Shown: piece after piece, positions 18,600-28,673 of the stretch
Numbering within the stretch: the first letter of the stretch is position 1
Layout: each line of letters begins with the position of its first letter
Virus record (IMG/VR): IMGVR_UViG_3300037067_003527
Span: 1 to 64,000 of that record
Source: a virus
Taxonomy: Duplodnaviria; Caudoviricetes
DNA length: 64,000 nt
Strand: one strand, 5' to 3'
Position numbers and translations under genes: made by a program
The notes under the pieces: model-generated
The model's input: only the letters and a program-made list of their open reading frames with translations
Database searches by the model: none
Told to the model about the DNA's origin: nothing

Positions 18600-19865
18600 A
18601 TGAGTAAACAATTAGAACCATCATTTAATGATGTTCATTTAATTGAATATGAAGACCCTATACAATCAGGTGTAACTGGTGTAGATTCTATACCTAATAT
18701 TCAATTAGGAAATAGAAGTATATATATAAAAGATTTAAAATCATATATTTATATTGGTATTGGTGAACCATCTGGTAATTTAGGAACAATATTTATTTCT
18801 GGATATGATAATTATTTTTATATTGATTCAACATGTAATTGTATATGGAAATATAACGGTACAATATGGGAACAAATATCTAAAGAATTTGAATTAAATG
18901 TTTCTGGTTTAAAAATAAATATAAACGGAAACGATTCTATATATACTAATTTAACATATGATACAGATAGAATAACAGTAACTGATTATTATGGAAAACT
19001 TTGCAACTTTAAAGGTAATAAATTATATTTTGAAAAAGCTAATGCAAATACAGATGTTATTACTCTTATAAACAATAATGAATTAATAATTAATTGTAAA
19101 GTAATACAACAATCTCATAATAGTAATGGTTATTATAAAGTAAATTCATATGGACCAGATACAGGTACATATCAAAATTCAATATCAATAATGTGGGATG
19201 AAACAAATGGTTGGTGGTCTTTAAAAGATGATGATGGTAATTATTATTCAATACAAGCAACATTTATAATAAATGGAAAAGAAGTAGAAACAGAAAGTAC
19301 TAGATTTATTTCATCTCAATCTGAATTAGATACTGCATTAGAAAATACATATCAAACTGAAGATGGGTTATGGTTTATATATGGTGATACTTTTAATATT
19401 ACTTCATATATTATAGTTAATGCTAAAAGAAATATTATTATACACCCATCTGCTACTCTTCATATAGATGATTCATTTATAGGTGGTGGTATAGGAAACG
19501 GTATTATTGAATTATCAGATAATGCTGAATTAATTATTAATGGAAATATAACAGGTAATAATGGAAGTATATATGATAATTTAATTTATTTAAATGATAA
19601 TTGTACATTAACATCTTCTATTATTATTAATGATGGTACATTTCCAAATATAATATATAATTCATCTACAACATCAACTGTTGTATCAAATAATATATTA
19701 GATAGTAATGTTGTATGTTCAAATGCTATGTATACTGGGTTACAACAATCTATTATAAATAATGATATAAATAGTATAAATGGTGTATTATTTAATACGT
19801 GTACTGATGTTATTTTAGATTGTAGAAAAGATAAAATATCTACATTATCAACTGGAGATTATTAA
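18600..19865 (+). CDS. Tail fibre / tailspike protein 1
   Basis: Fibre-anchor N-terminus (EDPIQSG..G...P..QLGNRSIYIK); beta-helix-like C-terminal half. Confidence 0.75.
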   Translation: MSKQLEPSFNDVHLIEYEDPIQSGVTGVDSIPNIQLGNRSIYIKDLKSYIYIGIGEPSGNLGTIFISGYDNYFYIDSTCNCIWKYNGTIWEQISKEFELNVSGLKININGNDSIYTNLTYDTDRITVTDYYGKLCNFKGNKLYFEKANANTDVITLINNNELIINCKVIQQSHNSNGYYKVNSYGPDTGTYQNSISIMWDETNGWWSLKDDDGNYYSIQATFIINGKEVETESTRFISSQSELDTALENTYQTEDGLWFIYGDTFNITSYIIVNAKRNIIIHPSATLHIDDSFIGGGIGNGIIELSDNAELIINGNITGNNGSIYDNLIYLNDNCTLTSSIIINDGTFPNIIYNSSTTSTVVSNNILDSNVVCSNAMYTGLQQSIINNDINSINGVLFNTCTDVILDCRKDKISTLSTGDY

Positions 19866-20158
19866 TGACATTTAAAAAAATATTACAAGAATTATTTGTA
19901 GATAATGTTGAAACTACAAATGAAAAAGAAATGTTACGTTTATCGATTATAGCTGAATTAGATGCTGCTAATTTATATGAAAAATTTTCAAAACAAACTA
20001 ATAATATATCAATTAAAAAAGTTATGCTTGATATTGCTAAAGAAGAAAAAGTACATGCTGGTGAATTCAGAGCATTATTACAAGCAATAGATAAAGATGC
20101 AATACAAACAGAAATACAAGGTAAAAATGAAGTTGATGAATTAATAAATAGGACATAA
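19865..20158 (+). CDS. Ferritin-like (encapsulin-cargo / short rubrerythrin type) protein with capsid-targeting-like N-terminus
   Basis: LRLSIIAELDAANLYE...LDIAKEEKVHAGEF di-iron motifs; MTFKKILQE start. Confidence 0.85.
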   Translation: MTFKKILQELFVDNVETTNEKEMLRLSIIAELDAANLYEKFSKQTNNISIKKVMLDIAKEEKVHAGEFRALLQAIDKDAIQTEIQGKNEVDELINRT

Positions 20159-20160
20159 GC

Positions 20161-23109
20161 ATGATTACAAATTATACACCAGTTGATAATACATTTAATA
20201 CTGAAGTATATATATTTAGTAGTGAAGATTTTGTATTAGGTGAATTAGATGGTACTTCTAATATACCATTAAAACAAATAGCAGAAAATACTGCATATCT
20301 TAAACGGTTTAAAGGAAGAATAATTTATGGAACGGGCACACCATCCACAGGTTCTATTCCTACTGATATGGTATTAGATAGTTATTCTATTTATAATGTA
20401 TTATATTTAGATGAAACAACTGGTTCATTTTGGAAATTAACTTCAATATCTCCAATTACTTGGTCAAACATTACTAAATCTACAGTATTAAATGTTGCTG
20501 GGTTAAAAATTAATAATGCTGGTAATGATGCAGAATATTTTGAATTTAAATATAATTCAACAACCAATACTTTAGAATTATTAGATAGTTATGGAAATTA
20601 TGGAAATGTAAAAGTAGGTACTGTTTATTATAATACTATAGATTCTAGAACAATTACAGATATTGAATTTGTTAATATAGTTGATTCTGAATTATTATTA
20701 TTAGCTAATATAGAAGATGAATCTCAAAATCAAGATGCTTTTTTTAGCGTTAAACGTCTAGAAGATATATCAGAAATAACTGTTACTTCTTTTTATAGAA
20801 AAGATGAATCCGTTTATGTTGATGATACATGGTATGTTTCTGTATCATCAGGTACTGTATTAAGTGATTATATATCTGATGGAGATTATGTTGAAATTCA
20901 AGGAATTGATGAGGAATCAGGTGAAGAAATTAATGGCTATTATAAAGTATCATATGTTAATGACGCTTTAAATTATTTTAGAACATCGTCTGATTTTAGG
21001 TCTGCTTTTGCATTCAATGATTATACTGGATTATCTGGTACTATGAGTAAAGATAATTCCGCACAAATAAGATGGAATGCAACAGATGTTAGATGGGAAT
21101 TAAAAACAAGAAACGGTAATTTACTTCCTTTACAAATATCAAATTTTATAAATGAATCTGGTATACCTGTTGGATTTATAGCAGATAGAGTTATTAGTAC
21201 AACATCTCAATTTGATGCTTTATTTAATAATGTAGTAACTGGTGAAGATGTTTGTTATTTAAGAAAACCTGAAACTAATTATACTGAAGATATTGAAAAT
21301 GAATTTATATATATTAAACCAAATTCAGATGTGGGTTCAAATGGTGAATATACTTTAAATAATATGGTTCAAATAATGGGTAGTAATATAAAAATTGAAA
21401 CCACAAAAGGAACCAAAATAAATACCGTGTCAGGTGCTGGGTTTAGAATGAGAAATGAAGCACCAATGATAGTTAATCCAAATGTTTCATATACATCTAC
21501 AATAATTGAAATACAAGCAGAAAATGCTAGATTAAATTCTGAAGCAGGAAACCGTGAAGGTGATTTAGTTGTTATGGAAACGGGAGATACTATAACATTA
21601 TTTTCTGAAACATCAAACGTAAATGGAAAATATCATACTACATCTATAGATAAAAGATTTTCTAGTGATATAGATGGAAATTATGATCAAATTACAATAG
21701 GTGGAACTACTAGTGATCAACATGTTGTAAAATATGAAGATGAATTATTTCATACATATGTTGATAGTGGATTAATATATGTAAGAAAATATGTATATAA
21801 TAATACAACAAAACAATATGATATAGATATATTATTAGGATCATCTACATCTGGTACATTTTCACATCCTAAATTATTTGTTGATAATATAAACGTTTAC
21901 TTATGTTATTTTGATGGAAGTAATAGTATTAGATTTGTTTACTTTGATAAAAATACAGCAGGAAGTGCTAATATATCAACGTCAAATCAAGCTATAAATA
22001 GTTCAGGTACATATGATTACCCTAAATTTATAGTAAGTAGTGGATATGCATATGTATTAGGATATTCTTCAACTCCAAATATTACATTATATAAATATAA
22101 TATTTATACACATGCTGTATCATCTATTTCATCTAATGTTGGTGATGTTAATAACTATGTTATATGTGATAATGATGATGATGTTGTATTTATTACTAGT
22201 TTATCTGGTACATATAATATACGTTCTGTAAATAAATCCACTTTTACTACAGTTGTAAATCATGATAGTATATCAGCTGGTAATTTTTATGAAATGTATT
22301 TAATACCGTATAGCACCTCAATATATGGGTGTTATAGAGATACTTCATTTAATATTCATTTTATTTCATTTACAACAGCATATAGTAGTTTTAATGATGA
22401 TACATTAACTAGTACTATAGCATCTTCTCCTATTTCAATGGTTATAAATACTGAAAATACATATCCAGAAGAAGATACTGTTGAAATAATAATTTCATAT
22501 AGTAATGGTTTAGGAATACTACTTACTCGTATTACAAATGATTATGGAAATACGTGGATATCAACTTCAACTGATTGTAGTTTTTTAATGGGTGAAAATT
22601 ATATAAGTACATTACAATATGGAAACGCAAAAGATGATTATATATATTTAATAATTGAAAATGGAGTATTTAATATAACATATTTATTAAAAATACATAG
22701 AGTATTTTATATACAATTAGCATCATCAATACCAACATTAAGTTTAAGTGATTTAATAGTATCACATGATTATTTAGAAAATATTGAATTAAAATTAAAT
22801 ATAGATAATAGTACAAATTCAAATATATATGATATTAGATTGTCTAATTCTATATATAGTTTATTTAATTGTATTATAGAAGGATCTTTTTTTACAGTAT
22901 TAGGAGAACAAACATATTCAAATACAATTAAAATTATAGATGAATTAACAACAGAAACATATATAGATACTGTATTACATTCATCATTTAGAGACTGTAA
23001 TGTACATAGTACATATTCTGGTGGTACCTTAAATAATTGTTTAAATTGTAATTTTATTGGATTTATAAATAATGAAGCAAATATTATAAACGGTGATATA
23101 AATGAATAG
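20161..23109 (+). CDS. Tail fibre / tailspike protein 2 (N-terminus paralogous to 18600)
   Basis: EDFVLGELDGTSNIPLKQIAENTAYLK anchor; shared LNV(A/S)GLKIN..GND; propeller-like region with a DYGNTW Asp-box. Confidence 0.78.
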   Translation: MITNYTPVDNTFNTEVYIFSSEDFVLGELDGTSNIPLKQIAENTAYLKRFKGRIIYGTGTPSTGSIPTDMVLDSYSIYNVLYLDETTGSFWKLTSISPITWSNITKSTVLNVAGLKINNAGNDAEYFEFKYNSTTNTLELLDSYGNYGNVKVGTVYYNTIDSRTITDIEFVNIVDSELLLLANIEDESQNQDAFFSVKRLEDISEITVTSFYRKDESVYVDDTWYVSVSSGTVLSDYISDGDYVEIQGIDEESGEEINGYYKVSYVNDALNYFRTSSDFRSAFAFNDYTGLSGTMSKDNSAQIRWNATDVRWELKTRNGNLLPLQISNFINESGIPVGFIADRVISTTSQFDALFNNVVTGEDVCYLRKPETNYTEDIENEFIYIKPNSDVGSNGEYTLNNMVQIMGSNIKIETTKGTKINTVSGAGFRMRNEAPMIVNPNVSYTSTIIEIQAENARLNSEAGNREGDLVVMETGDTITLFSETSNVNGKYHTTSIDKRFSSDIDGNYDQITIGGTTSDQHVVKYEDELFHTYVDSGLIYVRKYVYNNTTKQYDIDILLGSSTSGTFSHPKLFVDNINVYLCYFDGSNSIRFVYFDKNTAGSANISTSNQAINSSGTYDYPKFIVSSGYAYVLGYSSTPNITLYKYNIYTHAVSSISSNVGDVNNYVICDNDDDVVFITSLSGTYNIRSVNKSTFTTVVNHDSISAGNFYEMYLIPYSTSIYGCYRDTSFNIHFISFTTAYSSFNDDTLTSTIASSPISMVINTENTYPEEDTVEIIISYSNGLGILLTRITNDYGNTWISTSTDCSFLMGENYISTLQYGNAKDDYIYLIIENGVFNITYLLKIHRVFYIQLASSIPTLSLSDLIVSHDYLENIELKLNIDNSTNSNIYDIRLSNSIYSLFNCIIEGSFFTVLGEQTYSNTIKIIDELTTETYIDTVLHSSFRDCNVHSTYSGGTLNNCLNCNFIGFINNEANIINGDINE

Positions 23110-23674
23110 AGGATTTAAACAATTTATAAAAGAAATGTATAAACCATTTACTACTCTTATACAAGGAAAAACATCAAAAGAATGGTATGAAGAATATACC
23201 GTTCCAAATAATTGGTGGGTTCATGGAAGAAAAGGTTCTCAAATTTTAAATAACGATTATCCAACAGAATGTACTAAAAAATGGAAAATAGCAGAACAAT
23301 ATTCTGGTAATAATGGTTCAATGTGGATGATAACATATAAAAATAAATCTTCAATTATAGATGTAACTAATACAACAACACAAAATAAAATTTATAAACA
23401 ATTTATTGATGATTATGATGATAATAATTTAAACTATGGTGATTTATATGATATAGAAAAATATGAAAGAATAGAATATAACGAAGTAGAAAGAAAGAAA
23501 AGATTTATAGAATCATTAAATCCGCATGATATTGTTGATAGTGCTGGGTTTTGGGATAATATGGATTTTATTACGTGGTTTTATGATAGATTTACAAAAG
23601 GATTTATTATAACACATGATGGAGTAGTAGTAATAGATTTAGATTCATGTATTGCTATAAAGGTTGAAATATGA
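23102..23674 (+). CDS. Putative ADP-ribosyltransferase-fold protein (His-Tyr type) with capsid-targeting-like N-terminus
   Basis: VHG...T....AEQY...DG.VVI pattern; MNRGFKQFIKE start. Confidence 0.5.
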   Translation: MNRGFKQFIKEMYKPFTTLIQGKTSKEWYEEYTVPNNWWVHGRKGSQILNNDYPTECTKKWKIAEQYSGNNGSMWMITYKNKSSIIDVTNTTTQNKIYKQFIDDYDDNNLNYGDLYDIEKYERIEYNEVERKKRFIESLNPHDIVDSAGFWDNMDFITWFYDRFTKGFIITHDGVVVIDLDSCIAIKVEI

Positions 23675-24387
23675 TTACTTTCAAACAATTTTTAATTGAA
23701 GAATTAAATTCAAAATCAACAAAACAAGAAATAGTTGATGTTATTAAAAAAGAATTGTTTGGTTCATTTGATGGAAAAGAAAAAGATACGTATCCTGAAG
23801 AGGTTGAATTATTTTCATATTTAGAACAATGGATAGGACAAGGTGGAGAATCAGATAATCTTTTTAAAATATATGAATTATTTAAAATATTATATAAGGT
23901 AAAAGACACATATCCTCAAAAATTAAAACCAAATTTATCATCATATATATTATATAGAGGTGTTTATTTAGATAACAACATACTAAATATAGAAAATATT
24001 AAAAATAGTATATACAATAAAAATACTAAATGCTTAGAATTTAAAAATACAATTAAATATATATGTGAATATGAATTTGAATCGTGGTCTACTAAAATTA
24101 ATTCTGTTAAATTATTTTTAAAAGACATCCATAAATCGTATCCTTTTTATAAAATTCCTATTATACTCAAATATGATTTTAAATCAGATAAAGATTTATT
24201 ATTTAATCCTAATTTTATGAATAAAGTTAATAGAAATATAGGCATAGATTTTTATGAATATGAAGTAATTAGATTAAGAAATTTGAAAACACCTATTTTA
24301 TGTAATTGGTATATACCTGTATATTTATTAAATAATGTTGTTAATATTAATATTAAACAAGAAATACTTAAAAAACAGAGTGAATAA
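23671..24387 (+). CDS. Putative R-S-E ADP-ribosyltransferase (Alt/Mod-like) with capsid-targeting-like N-terminus
   Basis: LYRGV...ESWST...EYEVI triad; MITFKQFLIE start. Confidence 0.7.
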   Translation: MITFKQFLIEELNSKSTKQEIVDVIKKELFGSFDGKEKDTYPEEVELFSYLEQWIGQGGESDNLFKIYELFKILYKVKDTYPQKLKPNLSSYILYRGVYLDNNILNIENIKNSIYNKNTKCLEFKNTIKYICEYEFESWSTKINSVKLFLKDIHKSYPFYKIPIILKYDFKSDKDLLFNPNFMNKVNRNIGIDFYEYEVIRLRNLKTPILCNWYIPVYLLNNVVNINIKQEILKKQSE

Positions 24388-24390
24388 CAC

Positions 24391-24687
24391 ATGGATAAAA
24401 TAACATTTCAAAACGGACAAGTATTAGATGTAAATGATGATGTAATATTTGACATTAAAAACATGCATTCTGAAACAATTACATCATGGACATATAATGT
24501 AGAATTACAATGTTATGAAAAAACAATTACTCATAATTTAAATACATTAGATATTTCATTACAATCATATGATAATATTAATTTAGATTATATACTATTA
24601 GATTACTACCCAGTTACTAACAATACATGCACTATACTATCTAATTATAATAATTCAACATCTATAACGATAACAAGGAAAATATAA
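24391..24687 (+). CDS. Small beta-rich virion scaffold domain protein
   Basis: WTY...YEKTITHNLN motif shared with the N-terminus of 25827. Confidence 0.65.
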   Translation: MDKITFQNGQVLDVNDDVIFDIKNMHSETITSWTYNVELQCYEKTITHNLNTLDISLQSYDNINLDYILLDYYPVTNNTCTILSNYNNSTSITITRKI

Positions 24688-24691
24688 TAGT

Positions 24692-25825
24692 ATGTCTCAA
24701 TTAAGTATAAAATCAAACGGTATACATGTTAATAACGAACATATTGTATTAAGTAAAAATTTTTATGAAATACCATTATCTTCATCTGATTTTAATGGTT
24801 ATCAAGAACCATATGTAGCAATAATAAATAAAAATGATTTAGATGATAATTTTTATAATAATTTTAATAAATTTGAAGTTTATAAAATTGAAACATATTA
24901 TGATATTATAATAGCAACAATAGTAGTTGGAAGTAATCCTATTGATATTGTTGAAAAAAGCGGATATGTATGGGTAACAAATAATTTTTCTGATACAGTA
25001 TCAAAAATAGATATAGATACAAATATTGTGGTAGCAACAATTACTACAGGTATAAATCCACGTTATATTGATGGTGGAAATGGATTTATGTTTGTTACCA
25101 ATGAAACAAGTACAACATTAACTAAAATTAATATTGATACAAATAACACTGAAACTATTACATTAAGTAGTGGTTCTATGAAATGTAAATATATTGATAA
25201 CTACATATGGGTTAGTTTATTAAATTCAAATTTATTAAAAATAAATATTAACGATAATACTATTATAACAACTATTACATTAGATGATGTTTCATACGCA
25301 ATGGATTATGATGGTACTACTTATCTTTGGATATCTACAAGTAACGGTAGTATGTATAAAATAAACGTAGAAACAAATACTATTGAACAATCTTTGTCTA
25401 TAGGTAATACTCCAAGAGGATTAGTATATGCAGAAAATTATGTATGGTGTACTAATTTAGGTGACGATACAATTTATAAAATCAATGCAACTACTGGTAT
25501 AATATCTGCTACAATTACGTTAGATTCTCTTTCATATCCATTTGGAATATGTTATAAAAACGGATATATTTGGACTGTACTATTTACAAATAATAAGATA
25601 ATAAAAATTAATACAGATACGTTATTAATAGTAAATACTATAACATTAGATACAGTAAATATTTACGCAGGAGAAATATTTTTATGGACACAAAACGTTA
25701 ATAAAATAGTTAATAGTTTAAATAATGAACAATATACATATAAATACTATAAAGACAAAATTTATATTTATTCAAATGAAAAAAAGGATATATTAGTAAC
25801 ATTATCTTCAAGAGCTGGTATATAA
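24692..25825 (+). CDS. YVTN/YncE-type beta-propeller protein (putative receptor-binding or appendage protein)
   Basis: ~40-aa repeats: ATI.VG.NP...YVWVTN..SDTVSKID. Confidence 0.88.
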   Translation: MSQLSIKSNGIHVNNEHIVLSKNFYEIPLSSSDFNGYQEPYVAIINKNDLDDNFYNNFNKFEVYKIETYYDIIIATIVVGSNPIDIVEKSGYVWVTNNFSDTVSKIDIDTNIVVATITTGINPRYIDGGNGFMFVTNETSTTLTKINIDTNNTETITLSSGSMKCKYIDNYIWVSLLNSNLLKININDNTIITTITLDDVSYAMDYDGTTYLWISTSNGSMYKINVETNTIEQSLSIGNTPRGLVYAENYVWCTNLGDDTIYKINATTGIISATITLDSLSYPFGICYKNGYIWTVLFTNNKIIKINTDTLLIVNTITLDTVNIYAGEIFLWTQNVNKIVNSLNNEQYTYKYYKDKIYIYSNEKKDILVTLSSRAGI

Positions 25826-25826
25826 T

Positions 25827-28673
25827 ATGGGAAAGTTTAAAATAATAAATTCAAAAGCATATGATAACAATGAAGATATTGTTATAACTGATGATGGATA
25901 TTCATATGAACAATTATTTTCTCAATCAGATTGGACATATTCTTCTACATATAATAATTATACATTAACAATACCACATAATTTAAATATTAATAACTTA
26001 AAATATAAATATGAAATTATAGATTTTACATCTATATTAAATAAAACAATATATGACTTAGAATTAACAGGTTTAACTATTAATAATATTAAATTTGATG
26101 GTTATTATTTTATTCTAACATCATCTGGTTGTTTTATATTAGATCCAATTACAACAACATATTATAAATTATTAAATTCAGATACTGTATATTCTGATGT
26201 AAGTTATTTAGACGGTTATTTTTATTGTATTATTAGTGCAAGTAATGTAATAGTTAAAATAGATTCAAATACAAACACAATATCAACAACAATTACTATT
26301 ACTAGTGTTACTAATCCAACATATATTGAAAATGATGGTACATATTTATTTGTTGGTGGAAATACATCATTAAAAAAAATAACTACAGATGGAAGTACAT
26401 TTAATACGGAAATAGACGTATCAAAACCATGTTATACTATGGTTGGTGTTGACGATTATATTTGGTGTTCTTTTAGTAGTTATCCAACTACTAATATAAT
26501 TAAAATAGATTCAAATACCGACACCATAACGACTACTATAGCAATGAATTCTAGAGATTCATGGGCATTATCTTATAATGATGAATATATATTTAATGTA
26601 TCATCTGAAAGTGGAGTTAACGGGTCATTACAACAAATAAATGCAACTACTAATGCTATCATAACTCATATAACAATACCAGAAGGTATTATATCTTTAG
26701 AGTCAACAGCAACACAATTATTTATGGGTCGTAACGTAGATAATACAATATTAAAGTATTCTATATCACCATTAATGGTTGTTACAACAATTACAGTATC
26801 TAGTGTACCTCAATATATAATAGATAATGGAATATATGGTTCTATTTGGGTATCGTGTTCTGGTGGAACACTTAATAAAATATCTCGTTCAACTGGATTA
26901 ATTCAAGCAACAGTAACAGTTAATACACCACATAATTTAATATTTATAGAATCTGACGTAAGTGTTTGGGTTACAAATTACAGTAATGGTACAATATGTA
27001 AAATAGATCCTGGTAGTAATACAATAGTTCAAACTATAACAGTTGGAACTAATCCACAATCTATAGCATATGATGGTACATATTTATGGGTAACAAATTA
27101 TGGAGATGCAACTGTTTCAAAAATAAATTATTCTACTTCTTTAGTAGAACAAACTATTCCAGTAGCATCTAATCCATTTACAATAGTATATCATAATAAT
27201 TATGTTTGGGTTGGTCATTATATAGAACCAGGAACAAATATAATATCTAAAATTGATACTACTTTAAATGTTGTTACTACGTTATCTGGTACTGTAAATA
27301 ATATACGTTCTTATAATAATAATATATGGGCTTCTACTGCATCATCATATGTAGATGTAGTAGATACATCAAATATGACAAAAGAAAGTGTAAATGTTGG
27401 AATACAACAAAAAGATGTATTTCCTAATTGTAACGGTAGTTTAGTGTTAGAATCATCATTAACTGAAGTATACGCAACTGTTACTGTAGAACAAGCACCC
27501 GAGGGTATCGCATTTGATGGTACGTATATATGGTGTGCTAGTAGAAACGGTACTGGAATATCTAAAGTTAACCCTACAAGCATGACAAAAGTAAGTCGAG
27601 TTACAACAGGTACAAGTACTTCAAATTTAGTATATGATGGAACATATTTATGGGTAACTGAAAATGATAATACTAGTATAATAAAAGTTGATCCAACAAC
27701 TGAAATAATACAAGCAACATATAATATGGGTGCAGGGTCTGGTCCGTATGATATAACAGTAGATTCTAACGGATATATATGGGTTGCTGATATTTCATTA
27801 TCTAAAATATATAAAGTTAATCCAAATACTGGAATAATACTTGTAACAATACAAGTAGGTGGAAGAAATATATATTTTGATGGTACATATATTTGGGGAC
27901 ATAGTAATAGTTCTCCTGATTATAGAATAATCAAAATAGATATTAATACAAATACTATTTTATCTACAGTTACAATTACAAATGATCCTCAACAAATGGT
28001 ATCAGATGGTACAAATTTATGGGTTGTTAATTATGGTATTGGTTCAATAGATAAAATAAATATATCTTCAATGACCATAACAGGTAATATTGCTACTGGT
28101 TTAAGTGGTAGAGGTATAGCATTTGATGATGAATATATATATTATGTTACATCAAATGACTTCGTAGTATTAAAAATAAATCCAACAACAACATCTGTAG
28201 TAGCAACAATAACTATTAATTCAAGTGATGCATATAGTGGATTTTATTTAAATAATAATATTTGGGTTTCTGATTTAGGAAATGATACTTTATATAAATT
28301 AAATAATATATCATCTAACATACTAAAAATATCTACAACACTACAGGTATCTACTGTTATACACGATTCTATAAATACACATAATTCAATATATGCAGAT
28401 AATAAAAAATCTATGATAGTACGAAATGATGGATTAGTAAAAATAATGAATAATGATTATACTACAATATTATCTACTATTACAGTTTCAAGTAATACTA
28501 AAAGTAATATTGATTATAATAATGTATTATTATACAATTCATCTACTCAATTTGAACAATGGAATGAATATAATAAATCTAATATAAAAACAACATATAC
28601 TGATGTAGATAATTTACAATTAACTTCAACTACACCATTTAACGGTAAAATATTAATTAAGAGAGTGTTTTAA
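25827..28673 (+). CDS. Multi-propeller YVTN/YncE-type protein
   Basis: About 20 repeats of the (F/Y)DGTY(L/I)WV...KI(D/N) type. Confidence 0.88.
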   Translation: MGKFKIINSKAYDNNEDIVITDDGYSYEQLFSQSDWTYSSTYNNYTLTIPHNLNINNLKYKYEIIDFTSILNKTIYDLELTGLTINNIKFDGYYFILTSSGCFILDPITTTYYKLLNSDTVYSDVSYLDGYFYCIISASNVIVKIDSNTNTISTTITITSVTNPTYIENDGTYLFVGGNTSLKKITTDGSTFNTEIDVSKPCYTMVGVDDYIWCSFSSYPTTNIIKIDSNTDTITTTIAMNSRDSWALSYNDEYIFNVSSESGVNGSLQQINATTNAIITHITIPEGIISLESTATQLFMGRNVDNTILKYSISPLMVVTTITVSSVPQYIIDNGIYGSIWVSCSGGTLNKISRSTGLIQATVTVNTPHNLIFIESDVSVWVTNYSNGTICKIDPGSNTIVQTITVGTNPQSIAYDGTYLWVTNYGDATVSKINYSTSLVEQTIPVASNPFTIVYHNNYVWVGHYIEPGTNIISKIDTTLNVVTTLSGTVNNIRSYNNNIWASTASSYVDVVDTSNMTKESVNVGIQQKDVFPNCNGSLVLESSLTEVYATVTVEQAPEGIAFDGTYIWCASRNGTGISKVNPTSMTKVSRVTTGTSTSNLVYDGTYLWVTENDNTSIIKVDPTTEIIQATYNMGAGSGPYDITVDSNGYIWVADISLSKIYKVNPNTGIILVTIQVGGRNIYFDGTYIWGHSNSSPDYRIIKIDINTNTILSTVTITNDPQQMVSDGTNLWVVNYGIGSIDKINISSMTITGNIATGLSGRGIAFDDEYIYYVTSNDFVVLKINPTTTSVVATITINSSDAYSGFYLNNNIWVSDLGNDTLYKLNNISSNILKISTTLQVSTVIHDSINTHNSIYADNKKSMIVRNDGLVKIMNNDYTTILSTITVSSNTKSNIDYNNVLLYNSSTQFEQWNEYNKSNIKTTYTDVDNLQLTSTTPFNGKILIKRVF

